A stretch of 63,327 bases of DNA, filler included, from Nemertoderma westbladi (taxonomy: Eukaryota > Animalia > Xenacoelomorpha), in assembly GCA_032718475.1 (NCBI GenBank). It is 2 parts of 2 records of this genome, joined end to end, with 100 filler letters (N's around TTAATTAATTAA, not from the genome) between each part and the next. Parts side by side here need not be neighbours in the genome. Positions count along the whole stretch, not along the records: positions 31,989 to 63,327 come from JAUCBJ010002577.1; 1 more part is not named here. The stretch is one strand, 5' to 3'. The position numbers and the translations under genes were made by a program. Under the pieces are notes generated by a model. That model did not search any database, was not told the origin of the DNA, and saw nothing but the letters and a program-made list of their open reading frames with translations. Shown piece by piece: positions 48,165 to 62,235 of this stretch (positions are counted from its first letter, which is position 1; each line of letters opens with the position of its first letter).

Positions 48165-51115
48165 TGGTTATTTATTGTTTTGGTTAGAAAAGACAGCCTC
48201 GGTAACATGCACCTCACCCTCAATTGGTAGGTAGCAACATCGTTTATTGTTTTGGTTAGAAAAGCTCGCCTATGTAACCTGCTCCTTTCCCTCATTTGGT
48301 AGGGATCAACAACGTTTATTGTTTTGGTTAGAATAGAACAATCATGTACCTTGATCCTTTCCTACAATTGATGGGTAACAAAATCGTTTTTGTTTTGGTT
48401 AGAAAATGGCGCCCCTGAAATCTTCTCCTTTCCCTCCATTTATAGGTAACAACAACTTATATTGTTTTTGTTAGAAAAGCGAAACCATGTAACCTAGAAC
48501 AACACAGTTTATTGTTTTGGTTATGAGGTGTGTTAAAATGCCTAGGCAATCATTATATACTTAGTAGGTAATCGTCTGAATATTTAGTAAGTAAGAAACG
48601 GATCCGGATTTTTGACGATTTTCCCAGATAAATGATATTAGTGCTATTCGGAAGAAAGATTGAAGTAATACAGTATTTCTGTATGTATTTGGTATTTACG
48701 TAAAAAATCTTAATTGTTATAATAGGAAATTGGGGAAATGATAAGGATTAGCGGTCATTTTAAGTCATATTTGGGACAGAGGAACATTTGGGTGCATTTA
48801 CATTTACTTGGGTACAATATTTTTATTCATAGCTAACACAATAATGTGTACAGTGTATGTATATTCAATAAGAATACCACCGCAATCGTATTTGGATAGT
48901 AAAACGTATAGCCCCAGTAATCCCTTTGTAAGAATTCATCATTACGTAATAGCTTGTTTATAGTGTTAGATTATTGAGTATAGGTCTATTAGAATAGATC
49001 ACTTTCATTACCATATATGGTAATAATTCTCTGAGAAAGGAGCTAGGAGGGCTATATTCCAGCTCACTCATTAGCTTAGCCATTTCGGTTGCTCCAATGG
49101 CAGGAGTTTTTGCTTGACCATTGGTGACTCATTCTTCTTGTTATGTTTTGTACAGTAGATGGAAGTTGTCATGTGATTTTGTTTTGTTGTTGAATTAAGC
49201 AGTAATCTTACTTAGTTTGTTATGATTTTGCTTTGCTTTTGTACTTTCGCTATAATTAATACAGTAATTTGTACCGTGAAAGACTGACCGATGCATGCTA
49301 TTATTATGTAATCAGTTTCCGCTAACTTAACTGCGTTATTTGCTTACTGCCTTTGCAGTACTCTACACCGGCTTACCGCTAGAATGGCACTCTGCGACAT
49401 GGAGTAGACGGCGTAGGAAGTGCCTACTGGGAGCGCGTTTGAGAGCAGGTGGACAAGATGACAACCTGTGGGGTTTCTATTAAGTAAAGGGAAGTGCGGG
49501 CATGTTTTAGGGATCACTATATGGTGGGGCGGATGCCGTGGGGGTTCTGCTTTACACTTGGGATTTGGTGAAAGTTTTAAGTCGACTGACAGGCCGGAAA
49601 CACCTTTCGTATTTTTAGTCTTAATCCAATATTAATGTTTAATCCAATATTAATGTTTAATCCTATATTTCTAAATCAAATTTAGATAGCCATCTTTGCC
49701 ATTTTAGGTAACCAATTTGTAAATTTTTAAATTTTTAACATTTGTAAATAAAAACATAAGTTAATAAGAACATAAGTTAAGTGATTGAAATAAAACATGT
49801 CAGTACTATTTTTTGCCGACAAAATATTAGCTACAACGTTATTCATTTGTTTATTTTGTTTAGTCGAGTGCAGGAAGGTTGGACAGTATATAGACATACA
49901 TTGGCACTCGGAACGCTAGGTAATCCGGTCCTATTGACAGATGTTTAATCAAGGTTTAGCACATTCGCTATTCAGAATTATTAGATATTTTCGGGTAAAA
50001 TTATAAAATTAAATTAGCCCGCGCCCCAGTGCGCACCCTGAATTACAGAATGTTTGTCGACTGATAAGTCTTTACTACTTGAGTAATAAAATTGATTTTC
50101 CCCTTCAGGAGAAAGTAGCTGGTGAGGTTACACATTTGCCACAGTTAGCAACAGCTGTACGCTCGAGTATAGGACGATTTTCGATTTTTAGCAGCGGTTG
50201 GCTGACCTTGGTGAGTGGACCTGCTTTATTCCCTGAAATGGTAACAACATCGATTATTGTTTTGGTTTGGAAATCATGCCGCTGTAACCTGCTACTTTCC
50301 CTCAATGGGTAGGTAAAAACAACATTTATTGTTTTGGTTAGAAAAGCCCGCCACTGTAACATGCTACTTCCCTCAATTTGTAAGTCACAACATCGTTTAT
50401 TGTTTTGGTTCGAAAATGATGCCGCTGTAACCAGCTCCTTTCCTTAAATTGTTGTAACATGCGTTTATTGATTCCCACATTCACATTCAACTTCCCACAT
50501 TCACATCTTCCCACTTTCACATCCACCTTCTCACATTCCCATCTTCCCATTTATCTTCCCTCATTCCCATCCACCTTCCCATCTCCCCACATTCCCATTG
50601 GTTGGTAACAACATCGTTTATTGTTTTGGTTAGAAAAGCCCGCATCTGTAACCTTATCCTTTCCCTCAATTGGGATGTAAAAACAACGTTTATTGTTTTC
50701 GTTAGCAAAATACTGCCGCTGCAACCTGCTCCTATCCTTCAATTGGTAGGTACGAACAACGTTTATTGTTTTGGTTAGAAAAGCGCTAATCATGTAACTG
50801 CTCCCTTCCTACAATTGGTGGGTAAAAACATCGTTTATTATTATTATTATAAATATTTATTTCAACATAACTAATATTGTCATAGCTCTACTGTACGTAC
50901 TCCACTAAATATATCAATGAAGGACAAGATTAATCTATAGCACAAAATATTAGTTAATACCAAGTCGACGTAGTGCACATATTATTATTGTTTTGGTTAG
51001 AAAAGTAACCTGTAACCTGCTCCTTTACCTCCATTTATATGTAACAACTTATATTGTTTGGTTAGAAAAGCAAAACCATGTAACCTGCTCAACACATTAA
51101 CGTTTGGTTAGAAAA
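48165..51115 (+). repeat. ~72-bp tandem repeats (TTTATTGTTTTGGTTAGAAAAG core) interrupted by unrelated inserts at ~48525-50222 and ~50840-50982
   Basis: Core motif at 48171, 48243 and 48315, and again from ~50250. Confidence 0.85.
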
Positions 51116-53640
51116 ATCCCAATTCCATCTTCCCAGATTCCCATCCACCTTCCCATCCATCTTCCCTCATTCCCATCTACCTTCCCACATCCCTTCCCAG
51201 ATTCCCATCTTCCTACATTCCCATTTTCCCACATTCCCATCTTCCGATAATCCCATCCACATTCCCATATTTCTATATTCCCATCCACCTTTCCATCTTC
51301 CCACATTCCCATCTTCCTACAATCCCACCTCTCTTCCCATATTCCCACATTCCCATCTCCCTACATTACCATTTTCCTACATTCCATCTTTCTACATTCC
51401 CATCTTCGCACATTCTCATCCACCTTCCCACATTTACACATATCAATATTCTCACATTCTCATCTTCCTATATTCCCATCCACATTCCCATATTCCCATC
51501 TTCCCATCCACCTTCCTATCTTCCCATCTTCCTACAATCCCATCTCTCTTCCCATATTCCCACATTCCAATCTTCCTACATTCCTACCCATCTTCCCACA
51601 TTCCCATCTCCCTATAATCCCATCCACCTTCCCACATTTACACATATCAATATTCTCACATTCTCATCTTCCTATATTCCCATCCACATTCCCATATTCC
51701 TATCTTCCCATCCACCTTCCCACATTCCCATCTTCCTACAATCCCACCTCTCTTCCAATATTCCCACATTCCCATCTTCCTACATTCCCATCTTCATACA
51801 TTCCCATCTTCCTACATTCCCACCTACCTTCCCACATTTACAAATATCCATATTCTCACATTCCTATCTCCCTACATTCCTACCCACCTTCACACATTCC
51901 TATCTTCCTACATTCCCATTTTCCTACATTCCCACCTTCCTACATTCCCATTTTCCTACATTCCCATCTTCCCACATTTCCATCTTCCTACAGTCCTACC
52001 CACATTCGCACATTCCCATCTTCCCACATTCCCATCTTCCTACCTTCCGACATTCCCACCTACCTTCCCACATTCCCATCCACCTTCCCACATTCCCATC
52101 CCTCCAACATTCCCATTTTCCCACATTCCTAACTTTCTATATTCCCAACCACATTCCCACATTCCCATCTTCCTACATTCCCATCATCCTACATTCCCAC
52201 CTAACTTCCCATATTCCCATCCACCTTCCAATCCATCTTCCCACATTCCCATCTACTATCCCGCATCCCTTCCCAGATTTCTATCTTCATACATTCCCAT
52301 CTTCCCACATTCCCCTCCACCTTCACACATTCCCATCTTCCCACATTCTCACTTACCTTCGCACATTTCCATCCACCTTCCCACATTCACATCTTTTCAT
52401 ATTCCCATCTTCCTACATTCCCATACACCTTCCCACATTCCCACCCACCTTCACATCTTTCCACATTACCATCCACCTTCCCACATTCCCACCCACCTTC
52501 CCATCTTCCTACATACCCATCTTTCCACATTCCCATATTTATACATTTCCATCCACCTTCCCACATTACCATCTTCCTACATTCCCATCTTCATACATTC
52601 CCATCCACCTTCCCGCATTCCCATCTTCCTACATTCCCTCCCACATTACCATCTACCAACATTCCCATATTCATACATTCCCATCCACCTTCCAATCCAT
52701 CTTCCCACATTCCCATCTACCTTCCCGCATCCCTTCCCAGATTTCTATCTTCCTACATTCCCATCTTCCCACATTCCCATCCACCTTCACACATTCCCAT
52801 CTTCCCACATTCTCTCCTACCTTCGCGAAATCCCATCCACCTCCCCGCATTCCAATCTTCTCAAATTCCTATCTTCCTACATTCCCACCTATCTTCGCAT
52901 ATTTCCATCCACCTTCCCACATTCACATCTTTTCATATTCCCATCTTCATACATTCCCATCCAACTTCCCACATTCCCACCCATCTTCCCATCTTTCCAC
53001 ATTACCATCCACCTTCCCACCCACCTTCCCCATCTTCCTACATACCCATCTTTCCACATTCCCATATTTATACATTTCCATCCACCTTCCCACATTACCA
53101 TCTTCCTACATTCCCATCTTCCTACATTTCCTCCCACCTTCCCACATTCCCATCTTCCTACATTCCCATTTTCCCACATTCCTAACTTTCTATATTCCCT
53201 CCCACCTTCCCACATTCCCATCTTCCTACATTCCCTCCCACATTACCATCTTCATACATTCCCAACCACCTTCCCACATTCCCATCTTCCTACATTCCAT
53301 CCCACCTTCCCACATTCCCACACCTTCGTGCAATCCCACCCACCTTCCCACCCACCTTCCCATCTTTCCACATTACCATCCACCTTCCCACCCACCTTCC
53401 CATCTTCCTACATACCCATCTTTCCACATTCCCATCTTTATACATTTCCATCCACCTTCCTACATTCCCATCTTCCTACATTCCCATCTTCGCACATTCC
53501 CATCCATCCACCCACCTTCCCATCTTCCTACATTCCCATCTTCCCACATTCCCATCTTCCTACATTCCCACCGACCTACCCACCAACCCACCCACCACCG
53601 ACCGACATACCGACAACCGACTGACCGACCGACCAACCAA
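51116..53640 (-). repeat. Degenerate (ACATTCCC/ATCTTCCC)n satellite, inverse of 47020-48160
   Basis: Direct inspection; a small block also lies at 50470-50600. Confidence 0.97.
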
Positions 53641-53727
53641 CCGGCGCCCGAAGTTGACTCATTTTGGCTTTCCTGGGCACTCTGGGATTGTTCACATGGG
53701 CCCTACAAATACAACTACCGGTAGAAT

Positions 53728-54694
53728 TGATTATTTATTTAATACACGATAACATACATTAAAATATATATAGTATAACCAATACAGTAGAATTAAGAAA
53801 TACTAAATATAGGTAATCGACAATTTTTCGAGGGAGATCGCCGCCCAGGCTCGAGGCACTTAAAGGGGCGATTTAAATGATTTAAAAGAAGAGAAATTAA
53901 GTGTAAATATATGTGTACATACAGAGTATAGTGATAAATATTGTGATAAAAATAATTTCATTGGTTATTACTTAATAAAATAGGTAGGAATGAAATAAAA
54001 ATAACAAACACAATCACACAACGGATACAAAACCTTAAAAAAAAAATAGTTTAAAAAATAATATAAATAAGTAAAAAGTTAAACGGCTATTTGCACCAAT
54101 GGTCGACCGAACAGTGTGACTTGAAATCGAACGTTAATAATTTACGAGAAAAAATTCGTAGGTTTTTAGCATCAACAATATCTTGCGATAAAGAATTCCA
54201 GAATGGAACAGTGCGGTAGTTAAAAGAGTTCTTACAAAGTTGTAGTCTGCAATACGGAATATGAAGTTTATAGCTGTGTCCACGTAGCCCTCTTACTGGC
54301 GCACGTGAAAAGTAGTTACTAAACGTAAGGTCAACAAGGCCGTGAAAAATACGGTACACCATTTTCAAGTCGAAAATAATTCTCCTAACCTCCAAGGGTT
54401 GTAGAGACAGGCAGGTTAGACGGTCACAATATGAAACATAAGTTAATTTGCACCGACGATACAATCTGCGTGTAAAATAGTGTTGAACTCGTTCGACTAA
54501 ATTTATACCATACTTAGTGAAGGGCGACCAAACAGGGGTACGGTACTCTAAAACCGGTCTAACAATAGACTTGTAGGCCGTTAAAAGTGCCGATTTATTA
54601 CACGATTTAATGTTACGAAATATTGGTTCACGGTCCTTGACATAAGTGTTGGTTCACGGTCCTTGACATAAGTGACCATTATTACCGTAATGTG

Positions 54695-54751
<57 letters not shown>

Positions 54752-56290
54752 AGAGCGATATCTCAGTTATTTATTAATCAATCGAAACAAAATTTGGACA
54801 AAAGTTAGATATAGGGATGGCGAAGGCTCATACAAAAAATTGGGTGTCGAGATGGTATTTGTGCGATGTGAGCGCTATATTTGCGTGTTTTCGCATGGTT
54901 TAGGAAAAAGCTATCTTGTCATAGGGAACGCAATGAATGATTCTGATATTTGGCATGGAGGTACCTGAATTATTTCTAAATCGATTAACGGAGGCCGATT
55001 TTTAAATTTGGACCTATATTATGACCTAATTGAAGATTTAATTAAGGTAATTAATTAGCACTGCTAGTACTGTCTGATTGTCTGCCTGTAGTAGGCATAC
55101 CGGACCGGTACTACCGGACCACTGTAGGCCTATCTACCTATCTTCATACTGTCATAGGTCAGTACAGCAGTAGGTCCTAGCCTAGCCCTAGCAGTAAATA
55201 TAATATTTCGCCATGTTCGCAGGCGATTTCGCACTGACTACCGGTAGGCCTATGCAGCTATGCTATGAGATTAACCGTCCAGTCGTTCAGATGCATATGG
55301 TACCGGTACTGGAACGGGTTACGGTTTAATCCTGCATTTGTCAATTACGACAATACCGGTACGACTTTGAGTACCGCTGTACCGGTACGCAGTAGCCTAC
55401 CGTTACCGGCAGGCGTAGGCGGTAGACCTACGGTGCGATGGTAGCCAGCCGGTAGGTGGTAGGCTTACCGTACCGGTATAAATGTTGGCGGATGGCGGGA
55501 TGACGTCGTTTGGCGCGTAATTACTTACCGGTTGCCGGTAGACGCCTACCCAACTCGTAACTGGTGGTCGTGGTCGTGGTGGGATGAGCATGAGGTCGCC
55601 TACGATGGGAACAAGTGAAAAGGAAACATAGGCCTACCCGAATGCCGAATGAAAACGTATTATTATTGTACTGATTAAGTAGGAGGACCGTGAACCCTCC
55701 AGGCTTGCCAGCTTGTCATATTTATTATCCTATAAGCTTTAGCAACTTGCTGCTTACAATAATTATTAAACTTCAAATCAGCACTAACAATAATACCAAG
55801 GTCTTTGCAGAAATCTTCGCACTTAATTACATTACCGTTTAAAATATAATTAAAATTACTGTTCGATGCGCCAACATGTATAACAGTGCATTTATGAGCT
55901 GCAACGTCTAGCTGCCACTCATTTGCCCATGTCTCTAACAATTTGAGGGCGTTGGCTAAAGAGTCACATTCGGTGGTGGGTGCGTAGAGTTTAACATCAT
56001 CAGCAAAAAGTTTAACATCAATAGGTGAAAGCAATTCAGGTAAGTCGTTTATAAATAGTAAAAAAAGAACAGGACCTAAAACACTCCCCTGGACTGTACC
56101 TGATAAAACAGCACAATAATCTGAAAAAGTGTTACCGATTAAAATACGATGCTTTCTATTTGTTAAAAATGCTTTAAGCCATAACAATAAATCACCTGTA
56201 AAGCCGTAACTTTCTAATTTAGCAAACAATTTCGAAGTGACTACCGAATCGAACGCTTTGGCGTAATCAATATAAATATAAATATAAACA
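53728..56290 (-). mobile_element. 5'-truncated CR1-like LINE (RT and C-terminus), interrupted
   Basis: IDYAKAFDSV, GTVQGSVLGPVLF, FADD, KDLGI; resumes IFRN...IVRPVLEY...LRGHSYKL across the insertion; AATAAATAA-type tail. Confidence 0.9.
54624..55716 (+). mobile_element. Helentron-associated (HINE/DINE-1-like) element
   Basis: Subterminal IR GGTTCACGGTCCT/AGGACCGTGAACC (55684-55696), (TG)n near the 5' end, short 3' hairpin and no TSD. Removal restores the LINE frame ...RIINM|IFRN. Confidence 0.75.
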
Positions 56291-58301
56291 ATTACAAATT
56301 GGAGCACTGTATTTTAAAATATTTTAGACAGATTATTTTAGGTTAGGGAATCCTGTATTTATGGAGACGAGAAATAGGTATTGTGCTTACGTCATATGTA
56401 CAATAAGTGCGGTAACTGTACTGTAGTGTTATGATTTCACTACCAGCTTCCCCCAGGGTATTCATATTCTATCATTGAACACGTGATCTTTTGGGATTGT
56501 AAATGTATTGTATTATTGATATTGAATGACTCAGTCAGTACAGCCTCATTTCCCGATGCCCCTGGAATTATGGACTCTACCAGTCAGACACAAACCATAA
56601 TTTTAGCAGTAATTTAACCCTAACTCTAAGTCTTGAGGCTCTAATCTAAGACATTTTGTGGAATTTCAGACATTTAAGTCTTATTAAGTCTCATTTAAGT
56701 CCAGACATACTGTAAGTAATGTCGGCCGCCACTATATTGTAACCTGTGAGGTCCACTAGAACCGTGGAAAAGTCGCGCCTGTAGTCTGGTTCTGGTATGG
56801 TAGTGTGATATCCCATTCTTGTCAGTTCGATTATATTTTCTACACTGCAGCACCAGAGCACTGGGAATATGGCGGTCGGTTGGAACGTAATGCGGGCCAC
56901 TGCCGAGTTCCACATGCCTCACTCAGGTCAGCTTGGAGTGCGATGCCGGTGGGAAATCGAGTCTTACGTCTACGACTGGACGAGTCGACGAGGATTGCGA
57001 TCTGGGTTTAGCGGCGGCCCTGATCCTGGGATCGCCTGGGGTAAATGGTTGAACGTCGGGCAGAGGTGTATCGCAGCGGACACCGGATTACGTTCTCTGC
57101 GACGCGAAAGTGTGAGGAGAATTCGTTGTCAAATTCGGGTCGGAAGCTGCGGGAATTCTACTGTTCTACGGGAATAAACCGCAGCGGCGGGGCGACTACG
57201 GGCGGATACTGACAGACTGGGATGTAATAAATAGAGGTACTACTTCGATCGAGTTTCTCGTATTCTCGATGCTCGAGGCGGATAGAGAGTTGGTCGGGGT
57301 TGGCGGATATACCGATAGCTGATAGCTCCGATCTGTTTATAAGTCCGACGTTGTTAGTCGGGGTGGATAATGTCGTCGGCGACGATAAAATGCGATGGTG
57401 CGTCATGCAGTCATGTCACTCAGAATTTGAGGAAGTCGACATTGACGAAGTAATTAACGCGTAACGCACAATGTTACTTTAAACAGAGAACACAAACTTC
57501 TCTGTTTGTGTTCTCTGTTTTGTGTACCCCCCCCCCCCCCCCCCCCCCCCCCCTCCCCCCGCCTTATGATTTTACACCCATACAGTATAGGCCCATTTAG
57601 ATAGGATATTTGCTGTTATATGATTTCAACCGATTTACTATACTGCTCTCCCTTCATAGGTAGGCCTACTGCATATACTACTGCATATTATATTTTGTAT
57701 TTTGGCCGTCTTTTTTCAAATTTCTGTTATATTTTATTTTTGGTGCTTATTGATTGCAACTGGTGTATTGTTTTGGTTAGAATCAGCCCTTCTGAAATCT
57801 GTGGTGTTAGTGAAATCCTTGTATTCTTCACATGGGGTAACTAATCTTTTCTATATGCGGCCCCTATGATCGATGTCTCCTCCTACTGTACTTTGGTAGC
57901 ACCACCATGGAACCTCACATTTTGGTTCTCTGGTCCATGAAATTGGGCCAATATTATTTTTTGTGCTACTAAACATCGTCTGGGTTGTCTAAGAATAGCC
58001 AAACAAAATATTTTTAGAATTGGTCCCAAAATGGCTCTGTAATGGCCAAAAGTGCCTTTTTGCGCCTTTCTCCACCAATATTTGTCGGAATTTGTCAAAA
58101 TTTAGAAATATAAGTTCAGAAGACCCCTGCATCCAATTCTTCTGAACGTTTTTAGTTGAAAATTTATTGGGACCATTTTATAACAAAAAGGACCCAAAAA
58201 AGGCCATTTGAACATAAAGCCCCCAAAAAAGGGTTTTGATATAAAAAGGCTGAAATCCCGCTACTCTCAGCTAGTTATACCACCTCTACATGTTAAACTG
58301 A

Positions 58302-58841
58302 GGGGGCGTTCATAAAGTATGTCACGCAAATTTTTCCGATTTTTGACCCCCCCCCCCCCCCCCCCCCCCCCCCTCTGTCACAAAGTGTCACACAAGCTCG
58401 ACCCCCCCCCCCCCTTCTGTCACATTAGACAATTTGTAATACCCCCCCCCCCCCCCCCCCCCCGCCCCGTCAACAAATATTTTATGGTAATAATACACAA
58501 TGTTTGTTATGCCAAAATACAATATAAATTCAATCACTATATCTACATTTTCCCACGGGCAAGTCAAGTGTTCTTATTCTATATTTATAACAGGCATTAC
58601 AGTGTTGGAGTCAATGGCTTCTATGTCCTACTCAATTTATCGATTATTTATTGTTTATCTTAAAGTTACCCACTCTTCTACACATGTGTGAAAGTCAAAG
58701 TCAAGCTAACATTAAAGCAAAGAACATCGCCATGACCATCTCAAAAGTCGACACCCCCCCTCCCCCCTCTGTCACAAAATGTCACGCAAGCTCTAACCCC
58801 CCCTCCCCCCCTAGTGCGTGACATACTTTATGAACGCCCCC
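58302..58841. mobile_element. PIF/Harbinger-type MITE (540 bp)
   Basis: 27-bp perfect TIR GGGGGCGTTCATAAAGTATGTCACGCA; 3-bp TSD TGA (58299-58301, 58842-58844). Confidence 0.92.
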
Positions 58842-59117
58842 TGACGCTAAAACCCCGCTATTTATTTGGTCGATTTATTCATACGCTAAAGTTTCGCTAA
58901 ATCAAAGTTTTTTCCAGATATTTAGCGGATTCTCCCCAGAGAATTTTCGGATTCCATTATCCAGCTATTAGCCGAGTGAGTACAAAACAAAGAAAGACCC
59001 AATTATACAGTCCTGCATAATCTTATAACATGTGTTAACTTTCGTTTTTTGTTTTGGTTCCCCCAACACGCCTTTGTAACCTGCTCCTTTACAAACCTGC
59101 CCCTTTAAATGGCAATG

Positions 59118-59468
59118 GGACCTAACGCTCTTTGGGATCTAACGTTATTTGGGACCTAACGCTCTTTGGGACCTAACGCTCTTTGGGACCTAACGCTCTT
59201 TGGGAGGTAACGCTCTTTGGGACCTAACGTTATTTGGGACCTAACGCTCTTTGGGACCTAACGTTATTTGGGACCTAACGCTCTTTGGGACCTAACGCTC
59301 TTTGGGAGGTAACGCTCTTTGGGACCTAACGTTATTTGGGACCTAACGCTCTTTGGGACCTAACGCTCTTTGGGACCTAACGTTATTTGGGACCTAACGT
59401 TCTTTGGGACCTAACGTTATTTGGGACCTAACGCTCTTTGGGACCTAACGTTATTTGGGACCTAACGC
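59118..59468 (+). repeat. 17-bp minisatellite GGGACCTAACG(CTC/TTA)TTT, ~20 copies
   Basis: Period of 17 counted directly. Confidence 0.97.
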
Positions 59469-60469
59469 GAGTTGACCTCTTTGTCTTGTAACTTTTGTAC
59501 ATACAGTATGTGTTTTGTACTCACCCGCTATTAGCCGGATATTAATACGCTAAAAACCAAACTAGAGAGGTTTAGCTGGAAATTAGCCGGTTGTGTCTTT
59601 GCTGGGGAGTAGCTCTTACGTTTTGGCTAATAATTTTAGTATAAGAAAAGGCTGTTGTAGCGCCCTTAACCTGCTGTAGCGCCCAAAAAGTTCTGAGTTT
59701 AATATTATTTATTACACAGGCAGAAATATGAAAACGCTTGTAAAGTATACCCTAAGGTTCCATAGCTTTATCAACCTTTATAAAATGATAAATTATTTAG
59801 AAAATTTTGCTAAAGTTAATATTTTTTCTGTGATGGAGCTCTACACAATGGGTCTGTTTTGTAGGATATTTAATTGTTTTAAAGTCTGAGATTCCACAAA
59901 ATTTCTCCGATTAGAGCCTCACTGACTTAGGATTAGAGTTCTACTGCTTTAATTAGTGTTTGAACGCCCCCGCCAATCTGCGGAATCCACGACAACACGA
60001 GAGCAGATAATAGTTGGATACTTCTATTTTGATATCCCCTTTTTAATTAATTAAAATAGTTAATTAAATTTACTAATTAATAAAAACTTAAAAGAATGTA
60101 CCCTTGATACATAGGATGACTTATTATACAAATTTGAATCAGTATTATGATTCCTTAGGTAGAACTTGCATTTTCAGTAGGTTTTGGAGATCGTTATGTG
60201 ACTTTCGGCTTTGTATGATGGATGAGAAGGCTTTATGATAGGGTTTTATAAAACATTAAGAGACACAATATAACTTTTTAAAATTAAAATTAAAAAAAGA
60301 ACCCGTAACAGTTGTAAAATATTGGAAACAAGATATTTTTGCTTTATTCTGATATCGTACAGTACAAATTACACCAAATATACAGTACCTTCTATAAATC
60401 TAGTTCCGTGAAAATCGTAAAGTCTACTGCACTACAAATTCAGTTAAATTTAAATCATGTTATCTTTAT

Positions 60470-61775
60470 GGCTGTGGGGCGAGCCACGAAGTTGGCGGAG
60501 CCTTAGCGAATTGACACTGTTAGGGGGTGGGTCAATTTATGCAAATAGTTGTCGTCGTCGTCGTCGTCGTTGTCGTCGTCGTCGTCGTCGTTACGATTTT
60601 GACATGCTAATAACTTTGTCGGATTTAAAGCTGCCAAGTTGAAAATTTGTAGGTATCAATATGAGCAAAAGTTGAGATTTTTGAGAGACTTTCAGAAACC
60701 ATCAGTGCAATGGTCTCCCGCTAGAGGGCCACATGTCTAAACATTAAATGCCCTCCCATTTCTTTGCTTTTAATCCGTTTAAGCTGAAACTTGGCAGATA
60801 TGTATTAGACCATTAGCTGTGACTTTCAAAGGAGGCGAATCCATCTGCAGTTCTCCAGTCTGCCGCTAGAGGGCCAAAGGTCTGAAAGTGAAATCGTGGT
60901 CGTCGTTACGATTTTGACATGCTAATAACTTTGTCGGATTTAAAGCTGCCAAGTTGAAAATTTGTAGGTATCAATATGAGCTAAAGTTGAGATTTTTGAG
61001 AGACTTTCAGACACCATCAGTGCAATGGTCTCCCGCTAGAGGGCCACATGTCTAAACATTAAATGCCCTCCCATTTCTTTGCTTTTAATCCGTTTAAGCT
61101 GAAACTTGGCAGATATGTATTAGACCATTAGCTGTGACTTTCAAAGGAGGCGAATCCATCTGCAGTTCTCCAGTCTGCCGCTAGAGGGCCAAATGTCTGA
61201 AAGTGAAATCGTTGTCGTCGTTATGATATTGACATGCTTATAACTTTGTCGAATTTAAAGCTGCCAAGTTGAAAATTTGTTTTGTTGAAAATCAGTTCAA
61301 CAGTCACCCGCTATAGGACTACTTTATGCCTGAAAGTGAATAGATTCTCCCGTCTCATTGATTTTAATCAGTTTAAGCTGAATCTTGCCATATATTCTGG
61401 ACCACATGCTGCGTCTTTGTGGGGGGGGGGGGGGGGGGGGGGGGGAGATTTAATCGGTCTGCCGCTATACGACGAAATTTCTGAAAGTGAGATCCGTCTC
61501 TCATTTCGTTATCCGTTATTCAAGATGAAACTTGGCCGATGATGTACGTATGTACTATTCATCCATAGGAGCTGTGTCTTTGTGGGGCTGGAGACCCTAA
61601 TCCATCTTCAGTTCTCACTACTGTATACCGCTAGAGTCAGAAATGTCTGAATAGAAATGAAAGAGGTAAAAAGTGATTAGGCGAAATCTGCTTAAAATTT
61701 GCTAATACAGTAATACTTTCGAATTAGTACTTAAATTAAATTTAAGTCACGTGCTGCGCGAAGGCCCCACTTCGT
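60470..61775 (+). mobile_element. HINE-like element with (GTC)n microsatellite and 315-bp internal tandem repeat
   Basis: Units start at 60591, 60906 and 61221 (third diverged); short subterminal IR GTGGGGC/GCCCCAC. Confidence 0.6.
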
Positions 61776-62235
61776 GTTAGATTACTGTACTGTAGTGATA
61801 TTAATTAAAATAAATTGGAGATGAGCCATAATACACCATATTAAACCCATAATATTACACCTTTAATTGTACTGTAGGGCCTACCATTATGTTAGTAGTA
61901 GGAGAAGCATAGTTCTCGGCTAACTCCTCCCTAGCCTGGGCTACGGGCCAGATCTCAGAGGGCTATTAAAAATGCCAAATTCCGGTGCTAAATCGTGGTG
62001 TTTAATGACCATCTGTCACCATCAATATTGATTCGCGTCGTTGCCTTCAGCCAATCGCTGCGTATCACCTACGCGTAGCCTAACCTCGCGATGCCCTCCT
62101 TACTCCTACAGCTGTTACCTCCCGTCAGTATTGGTTCGCGTCGTTGCATCAACCAACCATAGCATATTCATCTTCGCGTACCCAAACCTCTCATCGCGTG
62201 GCTAGCCCCACACTACCCTATTATATCGAATCGAT

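Larger units (their letters stand above)
46875..53704. mobile_element. Foldback-like non-autonomous element with inverted satellite arms
   Basis: Imperfect TIR AGCGCCCATGTGAAGTTTCCCAG vs AGGGCCCATGTGAACAATCCCAG (19/23). GGGAA-strand satellite on the left, TTCCC-strand on the right. No convincing TSD. Confidence 0.6.

Noticed and set aside
48165-51115. Regularly spaced conserved motif resembling a CRISPR array
   Set aside because: The intervening parts are also homologous to each other (72-bp tandem repeat); eukaryotic context and no cas genes.
46929-53624. Many long P/H/S/F-rich and W/G/E-rich ORFs
   Set aside because: Translations of stop-poor satellite DNA, open in several frames on both strands.
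59118-59468. Short repeat array as CRISPR or iterons
   Set aside because: Contiguous 17-bp tandem with no spacers.
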